Source: Sphingobacterium thalpophilum (GTDB lineage: Bacteria; Bacteroidota; Bacteroidia; Chitinophagales; Chitinophagaceae). Taken from it: a DNA stretch of 64,000 nt. The stretch spans positions 65,517 to 129,516 of the forward strand of contig CALRYA010000004.1 in assembly GCA_943372285.1 (NCBI GenBank), in the 5' to 3' direction. The position numbers were made by a program, and so were the translations under genes. Positions 40,237-49,979 of this stretch are shown here, piece after piece (the first letter of the stretch is position 1; the number at the start of each line of letters is the position of its first letter). The notes beneath the pieces were generated by a model. That model had not been told where the DNA came from and made no database searches. It saw only the letters and a program-made list of their open reading frames with translations.

Positions 40237-40259
40237 AACGAATTGCTTAAGCATCAACT

Positions 40260-41333
40260 ATGAACCATTTTGAAACTCTCTTTATCAAGGATATTCTTAA
40301 AGAAACCAATGATTGTGTTTCTATAGCATTTGATTTACCTGAATCAGTATCTGAACAATTTCAATTTACACAAGGTCAATATATTACACTTAAAACAATG
40401 ATCAAAGGTGAATCGGTAAGACGTTCTTATTCTATTTGCAGTAGTCCGCTCGACAAGGAATTACGTGTAGCTATCAAAAAAGTACCAGGTGGAATCTTTT
40501 CCAGCTTTGCCAATGATATTTTACAAAAAGGAGATACACTGGAAGTAATGCCTCCAAACGGAAAATTCTTCACCCCATTAAATGCAGACAATAAAAATAA
40601 ATACATTGCATTTGCATCAGGGAGTGGTATTACTCCAATTATATCCATCATTAAAACGACCCTTCAAACAGAAGCTGGAAGTAGTTTTACTTTGATCTAC
40701 GGAAATAAGAATCGACATTCCATCATTTTTAAAGAACAACTGGAGGCACTCAAGAACACCTTTATGGGTAGATTGAGTATAGTATATATTTTATCTAGAG
40801 AAAAAACAGATGCTTCCATCCATTTTGGAAGAATAGATGCTAACAAAGCTGAATTACTTTGTAATCATTTAATTGAACCTTTAACTGCTGCAGGTATATT
40901 TTTATGTGGCCCTTCTGAAATGATTTTTAGTGTAAAAGAACATTTAGAAAAAATAGGTGTTGCTCCTAAAAAGATTCACTTTGAATTGTTTGGTGCAGGA
41001 GAAAAGCAAAAATCATCATCAAAAAATGTTGCAAGTACTTCGCATGAAGTAAAAAGCAAAATTACCATTCAACAAGATGGGGTTGCATTTGATTTTGAAT
41101 TAGGTTTTGATGGTGAAAGTATTTTGGAAGCTGCATTGAAACATGGAGCAGATTTACCTTTTGCATGCAAAGGAGGAGTGTGTTGCACATGTAAGGCAAA
41201 GCTAATTGAAGGTGAAGTAGACATGGATGTAAATTATGGTTTAGAGCAAGAAGAAATTGAACATGGCTTCATTCTAACTTGTCAAAGTCATCCAAGAACA
41301 GAGAAAATTGTAATTGATTTTGATACTAAATAA
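40260..41333 (+). CDS. paaE: 1,2-phenylacetyl-CoA epoxidase reductase subunit PaaE
   Basis: 357 aa. FNR-like module (RSYSICS, GSGITP) plus a C-terminal plant-type 2Fe-2S motif ([13 protein letters not shown]). Confidence 0.85.
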   Translation: MNHFETLFIKDILKETNDCVSIAFDLPESVSEQFQFTQGQYITLKTMIKGESVRRSYSICSSPLDKELRVAIKKVPGGIFSSFANDILQKGDTLEVMPPNGKFFTPLNADNKNKYIAFASGSGITPIISIIKTTLQTEAGSSFTLIYGNKNRHSIIFKEQLEALKNTFMGRLSIVYILSREKTDASIHFGRIDANKAELLCNHLIEPLTAAGIFLCGPSEMIFSVKEHLEKIGVAPKKIHFELFGAGEKQKSSSKNVASTSHEVKSKITIQQDGVAFDFELGFDGESILEAALKHGADLPFACKGGVCCTCKAKLIEGEVDMDVNYGLEQEEIEHGFILTCQSHPRTEKIVIDFDTK

Positions 41334-41341
41334 TCATTCAA

Positions 41342-42268
41342 ATGGAAAATATTTTTCAAGACAAAATCGATAAAGAAATTAGAATTGAACCGAAAGATTG
41401 GATGCCGGAAAAATACCGCCAGACATTGATTCGACAAATTTCTCAACATGCACATAGTGAGATCATTGGTATGTTGCCGGAAGGCAATTGGATCACTCGT
41501 GCTCCATCTCTCAAGAGAAAAGCGATTTTGATTGCCAAAGTACAAGATGAAGCCGGTCATGGTTTGTATCTCTACAGTGCAGCTGAAACTTTAGGCATCA
41601 GCAGAGATGAAATGTATGATCAATTACATACAGGCAAAGCAAAATACTCTTCCATTTTTAACTATCCAACCCTCAGTTGGGCTGATATGGGAGTGATTGG
41701 TTGGTTGGTAGATGGAGCTGCAATTATGAACCAAGTGCCATTATGCAGAAGTAGTTTCGGACCATATGCGAGAGCCATGGTGAGAGTATGTAAGGAAGAA
41801 AGTTTTCACCAACGTCAGGGATTTGAAATTTTATATGTGTTAAGTAAAGGAACTGCAGCGCAACGTAAAATGGCACAGGATGCAATTAATAGATGGTGGT
41901 GGCCAAGCATCATGATGTTTGGACCTAAAGACGATGAGAGCCCCAACAGTATTCAGAGTATGAAGTGGAAAATAAAACGTTTCAGCAACGATGAACTTCG
42001 CCAGAAATTTATTGATGTATGTGCGGAACAAGTAAAAGTGTTGGGCTTTACTTTACCAGATAAAGATTTGAAATGGAATGAAGAAAGAGGTCATTATGAT
42101 TTTGGCGAAATTAACTGGGATGAATTTTGGCAAGTGATTGCTGGAAATGGACCTTGTAATAAAGAAAGATTGGATGCCAGAAAAAAAGCCTGGGCTGATG
42201 GAGAATGGGTAAGAGCTGCAGCTACTGCTCATGCTGCAAAAAAAGCAAACAAAAAAGTCGCTGCATAA
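41342..42268 (+). CDS. paaA: 1,2-phenylacetyl-CoA epoxidase catalytic subunit PaaA
   Basis: 308 aa with di-iron ferritin-like motifs ([22 protein letters not shown]). Confidence 0.88.
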   Translation: MENIFQDKIDKEIRIEPKDWMPEKYRQTLIRQISQHAHSEIIGMLPEGNWITRAPSLKRKAILIAKVQDEAGHGLYLYSAAETLGISRDEMYDQLHTGKAKYSSIFNYPTLSWADMGVIGWLVDGAAIMNQVPLCRSSFGPYARAMVRVCKEESFHQRQGFEILYVLSKGTAAQRKMAQDAINRWWWPSIMMFGPKDDESPNSIQSMKWKIKRFSNDELRQKFIDVCAEQVKVLGFTLPDKDLKWNEERGHYDFGEINWDEFWQVIAGNGPCNKERLDARKKAWADGEWVRAAATAHAAKKANKKVAA

Positions 42269-42336
42269 TTTTTAATTCATATCAACTGAATGTATCTCTT
42301 AATTCATAATTTTTAATTCTTAATTCATTACAAAAT

Positions 42337-42705
42337 ATGTCGTTTACTACAATTAAATATTATTACGGTGATTATGGTGAAGCCAAAAACGGTGCAGCCG
42401 ATATATCTACCAATAATCAAACAAAAGAAGAATGGCCTTTGTGGGAAATATTTATCAGAAGTAAACAAGGGCTCGACCATAAACATGCCGGGAGTTTGCA
42501 CGCTGCTGATGCAGCAATGGCTATAGAAAATGCCAGAGATGTTTATACCAGACGCATGGAAGGAGTAAGTATTTGGGCTGTAGAAAGCAAATATATTCAC
42601 GCAAGTAATCCTGAAGAATCCGGATCCTTATATGACCCTGCAAATGACAAAGCATATAGGCATCCTACTTTTTATGATTTACCGGAAGCCGTAAAATACA
42701 TGTAG
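42337..42705 (+). CDS. paaB: 1,2-phenylacetyl-CoA epoxidase subunit PaaB (with N-terminal extension)
   Basis: 122 aa. The core WPLWEIFIRSKQGLDHKHAGSLHAADAAMAIENARDVYTRR matches PaaB. About 30 residues precede it. Confidence 0.85.
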   Translation: MSFTTIKYYYGDYGEAKNGAADISTNNQTKEEWPLWEIFIRSKQGLDHKHAGSLHAADAAMAIENARDVYTRRMEGVSIWAVESKYIHASNPEESGSLYDPANDKAYRHPTFYDLPEAVKYM

Positions 42706-43449
42706 ATGAAAATGCTGAATAAAATAGATTACATATTACACCTTGCTGATAACGCCTTGATTATTGGGCACCGATGCAGTGAATGGTGTGGACACGGGCC
42801 TGTATTAGAACAAGATATTGCCATTTCGAATATTGCATTGGATTATATAGGACAAGCAAGGAATTTGTATCAATACGCAGCTGAACTGATTAACAGCAAA
42901 AATGATCCATCATTAGGTTTTGTTTTACCTGCTACTGAAGATAGTTTGGCCTATTTAAGAGATACAACAGACTTTAAAAATCATCTTCTATTAGAACTTC
43001 CTAATGGAGATTGGGCAGTTACTACTTTGAGGCTTTTTTTATTCAGCAGTTACCAGTATTTTTTATACAACGAGTTAATAAAAAATGAGGACGCTCAATT
43101 AAGTGCCATTGCAGAGAAATCTTTAAAAGAAGTTACTTATCATGTAAGATGGAGTGGGGATTGGGTGATTCGTTTAGGCGATGGTACAAATGAAAGTAAA
43201 AATAAAATAGAAAAAGCGATTGACTATTTGTGGTCATATACAGGAGAACTATTTTCAGGAAATGATCAATCAATTGAATTGAATTGGAATAAAAAAATAG
43301 CATCGATATTTAATGAAGCTACTTTAATAATACCTGAAAAAAAATGGATGCAAGAAGGTGGCCTTAAAGGAATTCATACAGAACATCTAGGATTTATTTT
43401 AGCTGAAATGCAGCATTTACAAAGAGCATATCCGAATAGTGAATGGTAA
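42706..43449 (+). CDS. paaC: 1,2-phenylacetyl-CoA epoxidase subunit PaaC
   Basis: 247 aa. Its ATG immediately follows the paaB stop. The HLADNALIIGHRCSEWCGHGPVLEQDIA motif is typical of PaaC. Confidence 0.85.
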   Translation: MKMLNKIDYILHLADNALIIGHRCSEWCGHGPVLEQDIAISNIALDYIGQARNLYQYAAELINSKNDPSLGFVLPATEDSLAYLRDTTDFKNHLLLELPNGDWAVTTLRLFLFSSYQYFLYNELIKNEDAQLSAIAEKSLKEVTYHVRWSGDWVIRLGDGTNESKNKIEKAIDYLWSYTGELFSGNDQSIELNWNKKIASIFNEATLIIPEKKWMQEGGLKGIHTEHLGFILAEMQHLQRAYPNSEW

Positions 43450-43461
43450 CACACACACCTA

Positions 43462-43475
43462 CCCCCTAAAGGGGG
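43462..43475. repeat. 14-nt GC palindrome CCCCCTAAAGGGGG, 6 nt upstream of the paaD start
   Basis: Read directly. The reverse-orientation copy ccccctttaggggg is at 38377-38390 in the asd leader. Confidence 0.9.
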
Positions 43476-43481
43476 AGTTTT

Positions 43482-44009
43482 ATGAATGCAGAAAATAAAA
43501 ATATTATTTTATTAGAAGGAGCGACTGCAGATGCTGTATGGGCTGTTCTTAAAACTATCAATGATCCTGAAATTCCTGTTTTATCCATTACCGATTTAGG
43601 AGTTGTAAGAAATGTTAGCATTCAAACAGATTCAAGTGAACCAATAATTACCATCACCATCACACCAACTTATTCAGGTTGTCCTGCAATGGATTTAATA
43701 AGAGTTCAAATTAATATGGCGATGATAGCTGCAGGATTCCATCAAACAAAAATTGAGCAATCACTCTCTCCTGCTTGGACTACCGATTGGATTACCGAAA
43801 ATGGCAAACAACAATTAAAAGCTTATGGCATTGCGCCTCCTGTAGGAAAAAGTTTCGACAATGTTTATTTAGAAGATCTTCAAATCGAATGTCCGCAATG
43901 CAATTCAACCAATACTCAACTCATTTCCGCATTTGGAAGTACTGCGTGTAAGGCTTTGTTTAAATGCAATGACTGTAAAGAACCTTTTGATTATTTTAAA
44001 TGCCACTAA
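43482..44009 (+). CDS. paaD: 1,2-phenylacetyl-CoA epoxidase subunit PaaD (DUF59/Fe-S assembly-like)
   Basis: 175 aa with INDPEIPVLSITDLGVV and a C-terminal Cys cluster (CPQCNS...CKALFKCNDCKEPF). Confidence 0.85.
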   Translation: MNAENKNIILLEGATADAVWAVLKTINDPEIPVLSITDLGVVRNVSIQTDSSEPIITITITPTYSGCPAMDLIRVQINMAMIAAGFHQTKIEQSLSPAWTTDWITENGKQQLKAYGIAPPVGKSFDNVYLEDLQIECPQCNSTNTQLISAFGSTACKALFKCNDCKEPFDYFKCH

Positions 44010-44029
44010 TCAATAAAATTGGGTGATTT

Positions 44030-45058
44030 TTATTTATCATTAAATGGCAGAATATCAGAAGTTTGCTTTAACACTTTTGGTGCTTTCAATCTAAATCCAA
44101 CATAAAAGAATGCCCCATAAAAAAACCGAGCATCTCTATTGAGGCCTGATTTAGATCCATATCGTTGATTATATGCCGCAAAACCTGCAAACCATCTATC
44201 TGCAGTATACCCAATACCAGATCTGAGATAATACCCTGTTGTTAACTCAGTTGAATTACTTGATTCTAATTGTAAATTAGTATTGTAAGTACTTGAATTG
44301 TAAAATGCTACTCCAAGCATCGGCCCTGCAATTCCTGAAACATACCATTTTTTTGCAAATGCAATAGTAGCTGCAAGCGGAAAATTAAAATTAACATCTA
44401 CTAAATTGTTGTCTTTTCCAATACCAGCAGCCACTACTGGATTTTCTTGAAAGAAATGAATATAAGCTATAGATGCACCAGGTATAAAACTAAACGCATT
44501 TCGGGTTTGCAATGTTCTGCCAGAATAAATATTATCTAAAGAGAACTGTTTATTGGTATTATAGGAACCATGTAAATTAATTACATTGGTGCTTAAATCA
44601 GGCAATTGGATAATTTTTCCTTGATTGGGAGTATTTGTAGTAAAATCTTCACTATTCCTTATAAAATAGCCCCTTGCATTTTGTAAGCTAACATCAAAAC
44701 TAAATTGTTTAATCTTAAATGAAGCTCCCAACTCCTGCCGATAATGATTAGGTTGATCACTAATATCTGATACAGGAAATAATGAAAATGTATAGCGCAA
44801 ATTGATTTGTCTGAATTCCATTTTTATAAACTGCTGAATAGTTACTTCTGGGCTAATGATAATCCTAGCTTTTCCATTTGGGTTAGCTATTATAAATTCA
44901 GCATTATTGAGTTGTGTGCCTGTAGATAAATTGAGCTTATTACGAAAACTTTTGATAAATAAAGAATCTGGTAGACTTCTATCAACTTTAAAAAAGCCTT
45001 GTGCAAACAGCATATGATTGAGAAAATTAAAAAGAAATATAAACAACCATTTTTTCAT
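44030..45058 (-). CDS. hypothetical outer-membrane beta-barrel-like protein
   Basis: 342 aa with a signal peptide (MKKWLFIFLFNFLNHMLFAQG), alternating aromatic/hydrophilic strand-like patterns and many G/Y/F/N residues. The family is unknown. Confidence 0.45.
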   Translation of the reverse strand: MKKWLFIFLFNFLNHMLFAQGFFKVDRSLPDSLFIKSFRNKLNLSTGTQLNNAEFIIANPNGKARIIISPEVTIQQFIKMEFRQINLRYTFSLFPVSDISDQPNHYRQELGASFKIKQFSFDVSLQNARGYFIRNSEDFTTNTPNQGKIIQLPDLSTNVINLHGSYNTNKQFSLDNIYSGRTLQTRNAFSFIPGASIAYIHFFQENPVVAAGIGKDNNLVDVNFNFPLAATIAFAKKWYVSGIAGPMLGVAFYNSSTYNTNLQLESSNSTELTTGYYLRSGIGYTADRWFAGFAAYNQRYGSKSGLNRDARFFYGAFFYVGFRLKAPKVLKQTSDILPFNDK

Positions 45059-45118
45059 ATTGCTGAAGGTAAAAAATAAGATTAACTTGCCTTTATATTA
45101 ATCTATAAAAATTTATCA

Positions 45119-45895
45119 ATGTCTTCTATACTATTATCCATTGAAAATGGAATTGCAACTATCACCCTCAATAGGCCTGATAAGCTCAACTCATTTAATA
45201 GAGAAATGGCTTTATTGCTTCAACAAATATTAGATGATTGTGCTTCTGATCAATCCATTCGTTGTATTGTATTTACTGGTGCAGGAAAAGGATTTTGTGC
45301 AGGACAGGATTTAGCCGAAGTGGTTGACCCCAATGGTCCTGGAATGCAAAGAATTTTAAGCGAGCATTATAACCCAATCATCGAAAGAATAAGGAATCTG
45401 CAAAAACCAGTTCTAGCTGCTGTAAACGGAGTAGCTGCAGGTGCTGGAGCCAATTTAGCTTTTGCATGTGATGTGGTAGTAAGTATTTCATCAGCATCTT
45501 TTATTCAAGCATTCTCTAAAATTGGTTTGATACCAGACAGTGGAGGCACTTATACCCTTCCTCGCTTAATTGGTTTTCAAAGGGCAAGCGCATTGATGAT
45601 GTTAGGAGATAAAATTGCTGCTGATGAAGCACTTAAAATGGGAATGCTGTACAAAGTATTTGACGAATCTGTTTTTTTGGATGAAACCAAAAAAATAGCA
45701 TCAACCTTGGCACAGATGCCTACAAAAGCGTTGGCTTATATCAAAGAAGCAATGAATGCATCATCTACCAATAATTTAACCCAACAGTTAGCACTTGAAG
45801 ACCAGCTTCAACAAAAAGCAGCTGGGACCAACGATTTCAAAGAAGGTGTAGAAGCATTTTTAGCTAAAAGAGCTCCTGTATATAGAGGCAATTAA
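45119..45895 (+). CDS. paaG: enoyl-CoA hydratase/isomerase family, PaaG-like (1,2-epoxyphenylacetyl-CoA isomerase)
   Basis: 258 aa with crotonase motifs (FTGAGKGFCAGQDL, AAVNGVAAGAGANLA) in a paa context. Confidence 0.78.
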   Translation: MSSILLSIENGIATITLNRPDKLNSFNREMALLLQQILDDCASDQSIRCIVFTGAGKGFCAGQDLAEVVDPNGPGMQRILSEHYNPIIERIRNLQKPVLAAVNGVAAGAGANLAFACDVVVSISSASFIQAFSKIGLIPDSGGTYTLPRLIGFQRASALMMLGDKIAADEALKMGMLYKVFDESVFLDETKKIASTLAQMPTKALAYIKEAMNASSTNNLTQQLALEDQLQQKAAGTNDFKEGVEAFLAKRAPVYRGN

Positions 45896-45916
45896 TACAT
45901 TTTAAATTATCCAATA

Positions 45917-46327
45917 ATGAACCCAAAAGATGTAGTCAACCACATGCTAATAACTGATGCCTTTTCGAATTGGTTAGGCATAGAAGTAATTGAGATTAAA
46001 GAGGGTTACAGTAAAATTAAAATGACTGTTCGTTCTGAAATGTTGAATGGATTAGGAATTGTGCATGGTGGAATAGCATTTTCTTTAGCTGATAGCGCCT
46101 TTGCATTCGCTTGTAATAGTAGAAATAATTTATCTGTAGCCCTTGATACATCCATTAATTTTATTAAGGCTGTTCATATTGGTGATATACTTGTTGCAGA
46201 AGCAATAGAAATGCATAATGGAAGAAGTACTGGCTTATACCAAATTACCATCACCAACCAAGAACAGCAAACTATTGCATTATTTAAAGGAACCTGTTTT
46301 AGAACTGGCAAGACAGTTGTTCAATAA
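45917..46327 (+). CDS. paaI: hotdog-fold hydroxyphenylacetyl-CoA thioesterase PaaI
   Basis: 136 aa with GIVHGGIAFSLADSAFAFA. Confidence 0.8.
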   Translation: MNPKDVVNHMLITDAFSNWLGIEVIEIKEGYSKIKMTVRSEMLNGLGIVHGGIAFSLADSAFAFACNSRNNLSVALDTSINFIKAVHIGDILVAEAIEMHNGRSTGLYQITITNQEQQTIALFKGTCFRTGKTVVQ

Positions 46328-46336
46328 TCGTATTTT

Positions 46337-46930
46337 ATGATATATGCTTTCAAAGGATTTATACCAGTGATACATGAATCTTCATTCATTCATCCACAGG
46401 CCTCAGTTACCGGAAATGTAATCATTGGTAAAAATGTATATGTTGGACCTGGAGCTGCTATTCGTGGAGATTGGGGTGCCATTATTATTGAAGATGGTTG
46501 TAATGTGCAGGAGAACTGCACTATTCATATGTTTCCCGGCACAACTGTTTTATTAAAAGAAAATGCTCATATTGGCCATGGCGCAGTTATTCACGGAGCT
46601 ACTATTGGAAAAAATTGTTTGATTGGAATGAATAGTGTTATAATGGATAATGTGATCCTGGGAGACGAATCGATTGTTGGTGCATTGAGTTTTGTGAAAG
46701 CAGATGAAATAATTGAAGCAAGAACATTGTTAGCTGGCAACCCTGCTAAAAAAATAAAAGATGTTTCCGACGAAATGATCAATTGGAAAACAAAGGGGAC
46801 TCAACTTTACCAATCTCTACCGGAAGAAATGAAAAAATATTGGATGGAAGCTGTTCCACTCAGGGAAATTCCAGAAAATCGCCCTCCTCAAGAAAATCTT
46901 TATCAAACTTGGAATGAGCTGAAAAAATAG
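46337..46930 (+). CDS. paaY: hexapeptide-repeat (left-handed beta-helix) protein, PaaY/gamma-carbonic-anhydrase family
   Basis: 197 aa with repeated [LIV]G-x4 hexapeptides and a [11 protein letters not shown] motif in a paa context. Confidence 0.75.
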   Translation: MIYAFKGFIPVIHESSFIHPQASVTGNVIIGKNVYVGPGAAIRGDWGAIIIEDGCNVQENCTIHMFPGTTVLLKENAHIGHGAVIHGATIGKNCLIGMNSVIMDNVILGDESIVGALSFVKADEIIEARTLLAGNPAKKIKDVSDEMINWKTKGTQLYQSLPEEMKKYWMEAVPLREIPENRPPQENLYQTWNELKK

Positions 46931-46959
46931 CTCAAATTACAAAGTTGTATATTTGCAAT

Positions 46960-47958
46960 GTGTCAGAAAGAAACAACTTCATAGATTATATTAGAATTTT
47001 TGCCAGAAGCGGCCACGGTGGTGCAGGGGTAAAGCATTTTATGCGCAATAAACTCACTGCCATGGGCGGCCCTGATGGTGGAGATGGTGGACGTGGTGGC
47101 CATATTATTTTAAGAGGCAATAGCAACACTTGGACATTATTGCATTTACGCTATTTCAAGAACGTCTTAGCTGAAAATGGAGAGAATGGAAGTAAAGACA
47201 ATTGTACAGGTAGAGATGGAAAAGACATTTATATAGATGTGCCGCTTGGTACTATTGCTCGTGATGAAGAAACCGGGAAAAAAGAAGCAGAAATTTTAGA
47301 AGACGGACAAGAATATATTTGGATGCGTGGAGGAAGAGGAGGTTTAGGTAATAGTAATTTTGCCACGCCAACTAACCAGGTACCCGAACATGCACAACCA
47401 GGAGAGCCTGGTGTAGAAGGCTGGAAAAATTTAGAGCTGAAAGTGCTGGCAGATGTGGGTTTGGTAGGATTTCCCAATGCCGGAAAATCTACTTTACTTT
47501 CTTCAATAACTGCTGCAAGACCAAAAATTGCGAATTACGCTTTTACCACTTTAACTCCGCAATTGGGTATGGTTGCCTATAGAGATCAGCAATCATTTTG
47601 TATTGCCGATTTACCTGGAATTATTGAAGGTGCTGCTGAAGGGAAAGGATTGGGTCATCGTTTTTTAAGACATATAGAACGTAATTCAGTTTTACTTTTT
47701 TTAATCCCTGCAGACAGCAATGATCATAAAAAAGAATTTGACATTCTGCAACAAGAATTAAAATCTTACAATCCAGAAATGCTTGATAAAGACTTTATCA
47801 TTGCAATTAGTAAAAGTGACATGTTAGATGATGAGTTAAAAGAAGCTATTAGTAAAGAATTGCCAGCTGGCATTCCGCACTTATTTATTTCATCTGTTAC
47901 CAATAAAGGATTGATAGAATTAAAAGATCTTCTCTGGGAAACCTTGAATAAATCTTAA
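46960..47958 (+). CDS. obg: GTPase Obg/CgtA
   Basis: Obg fold ([22 protein letters not shown]) and G domain ([18 protein letters not shown]). I prefer the GTG at 46960 ([14 protein letters not shown]) over the ORF-track TTG at 46945. Confidence 0.9.
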   Translation: MSERNNFIDYIRIFARSGHGGAGVKHFMRNKLTAMGGPDGGDGGRGGHIILRGNSNTWTLLHLRYFKNVLAENGENGSKDNCTGRDGKDIYIDVPLGTIARDEETGKKEAEILEDGQEYIWMRGGRGGLGNSNFATPTNQVPEHAQPGEPGVEGWKNLELKVLADVGLVGFPNAGKSTLLSSITAARPKIANYAFTTLTPQLGMVAYRDQQSFCIADLPGIIEGAAEGKGLGHRFLRHIERNSVLLFLIPADSNDHKKEFDILQQELKSYNPEMLDKDFIIAISKSDMLDDELKEAISKELPAGIPHLFISSVTNKGLIELKDLLWETLNKS

Positions 47959-47974
47959 GCTAATCTAAGTAACC

Positions 47975-49195
47975 CTACCATTTTATTTCAAGAGGAGTAT
48001 TAAATGCATTATACATCCATTTTTTTGACTCCTTTTCAATAAATTTTTTTGCAAAACCACTTCCTATAAATAAATTCAGAAAAACATGCTGAATAGATGA
48101 AGGAACAATTTTAGCAAAACTATTATAAAATGTTGCTTCTGTATTTAACCTATAGGTTGCCTGGTGCTGGTATTGTTGCATTGAACTTGCATCAAATTGA
48201 TTATTTGCCAAAGCCTTTTCGGCAAATTGAGCAGCAGCCCAACCCGAAACCATTGCAGACCCTACTCCTTCGCCATTTATAGGATTGATTAATGATGCTG
48301 CATCACCTAATAATAAATAATTATCTCCTACAAGATCTCTTTTTCCTCCAGCCATGGGCAAACCCCAGCCTTTAGGACTTTCCATTCTTTCACAATTTTC
48401 AAATCTTGGTGCTAATACTTTGTCTGTTGTTATGATTTTTTCAAACTCCTTTACTAAATTAAATTTAAGCTTACTGGCATGATTACTACCTAAACCCATT
48501 CCAACATTGCAGATATTATTAGCTAAAGGAAAAATCCACAGATATCCGAAAGGAATATTCTTTAAATAAAACAACTCAATTAAATTATCTTTTTCAATGC
48601 CCTTTATATTTTTACAATACATTCTAACAGCAGCAGCATAATAATTTCTATCGATTTTTCTACTACTTAATTTCCTGAGTACTATCGAATGATCGCCATC
48701 AGCTCCTAATAATAGTTTTGTAAAAACTTGATGTGATATGCCTCCCTTTGTGTAAGTTACTATAATGCCATCTTTTCTACGTTCAATATCAGTTACTGTT
48801 GCCCCCAATTGAATATCGGCATAGTTTGAGTTTAACTTATTTACAAGAAAAAAATCAAAATCAAAGCGTTTAGCTACAAAATACATTGCTGAAGGTATAT
48901 CCTTACTAAGAGGATTATGGTAACATCTGGTTTCTTTTCCATTAGGTGCAACAAATTTAACTCCCATAGAAGGACTAAATAAATGAGGTTGCAATGAGAT
49001 TTCTTCAACCAGGGTTTTATCGTAAGTATTCATTACCCGCATACAGAGCGCATCAATTGCATCACCGCAAATTTTATCTCGTGGAAAAATTGCTTTATCA
49101 ATTATAGTATGTTGAATACCAGCTTTGCTTAGAAACAATGAAGCTGTTGATCCAGCTGGTCCAGCTCCAATAATACATACTGGTGTAGATAACAT
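47975..49195 (-). CDS. FAD-dependent oxidoreductase, geranylgeranyl-reductase family
   Basis: 406 aa with the dinucleotide-binding motif VCIIGAGPAGSTASLFLSKAG, plus GADG and GDAA motifs. Confidence 0.75.
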   Translation of the reverse strand: MLSTPVCIIGAGPAGSTASLFLSKAGIQHTIIDKAIFPRDKICGDAIDALCMRVMNTYDKTLVEEISLQPHLFSPSMGVKFVAPNGKETRCYHNPLSKDIPSAMYFVAKRFDFDFFLVNKLNSNYADIQLGATVTDIERRKDGIIVTYTKGGISHQVFTKLLLGADGDHSIVLRKLSSRKIDRNYYAAAVRMYCKNIKGIEKDNLIELFYLKNIPFGYLWIFPLANNICNVGMGLGSNHASKLKFNLVKEFEKIITTDKVLAPRFENCERMESPKGWGLPMAGGKRDLVGDNYLLLGDAASLINPINGEGVGSAMVSGWAAAQFAEKALANNQFDASSMQQYQHQATYRLNTEATFYNSFAKIVPSSIQHVFLNLFIGSGFAKKFIEKESKKWMYNAFNTPLEIKW

Positions 49196-49478
49196 AGTTT
49201 ATAACTGATTTATAGTGCAATATAGAAATAACTATTCCTATTAAGATGAATGGCTATTTAAAGTTATATATTAAGCAATGCTAAAATACAATGCCCGATT
49301 AACAATTAGATAACATAGCCTATAAAATTGATAGGGTTACCTTTTTCACCTACTGGTATTAACATGTATAGTGTACACTTAGTAGCTAACGCTACACTTC
49401 GATTATACGCGTTCCGCGTATTCATTTGCTTGCCAAAGTGAGTTGAACAAATTTTTTACACCACAAAAATTATTAAGT

Positions 49479-49907
49479 ATGAAAAAGCAAATGTTATCTG
49501 CTTTCGCAAGAAAGTTTTTCCTGGGAAATTTAATGGCAGCAATGTTATTCCTATCTGCAAATGCATCAGTATCTCCGGTTCATTTTAATTTTGAACCAAC
49601 AAAAAACAATAAAGCGAATATTACCTACAAAGGTATTGATAGCAATGATTATCTAACGTTTCAGGTTGTTTACAATAACCCTACAGGTAGTACTTTTAAA
49701 TTAGTAATTACTGATACTAAGGGCGAATTGTTTTTCAGCGAAAATTATAAAGAGCTTGCTTTCAGCAAAACCTTTAAATTGTACAAAGAGGACATCAATA
49801 AATTAAATTTCTCTATTCGCGATGCTAAAACAGGCGAATCAGAAAATTTTGATGTTGTAATCAGTGAAAGTACTTTTGAAAAAGTAGCTGTATCTCGCAA
49901 AAATTAA
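49479..49907 (+). CDS. hypothetical small secreted protein
   Basis: The ATG at 49479 gives MKKQMLSAFARKFFLGNLMAAMLFLSANA, a signal peptide. The ORF-track TTG at 49443 seems less likely. No domain recognised. Confidence 0.5.
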   Translation: MKKQMLSAFARKFFLGNLMAAMLFLSANASVSPVHFNFEPTKNNKANITYKGIDSNDYLTFQVVYNNPTGSTFKLVITDTKGELFFSENYKELAFSKTFKLYKEDINKLNFSIRDAKTGESENFDVVISESTFEKVAVSRKN

Positions 49908-49913
49908 TTGATA

Positions 49914-49955
49914 CAAAAAAAGAAACTCATTGAAACAATTCAATGAGTTTCTTTT
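49914..49955. terminator. bidirectional terminator between convergent genes
   Basis: An A-tract, a perfect 14-bp stem agaaactcattgaa/ttcaatgagtttct (49921-49952) and a T-tract. Confidence 0.85.
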
Positions 49956-49979
49956 AAATACGAATCATTAATAAGCTTA

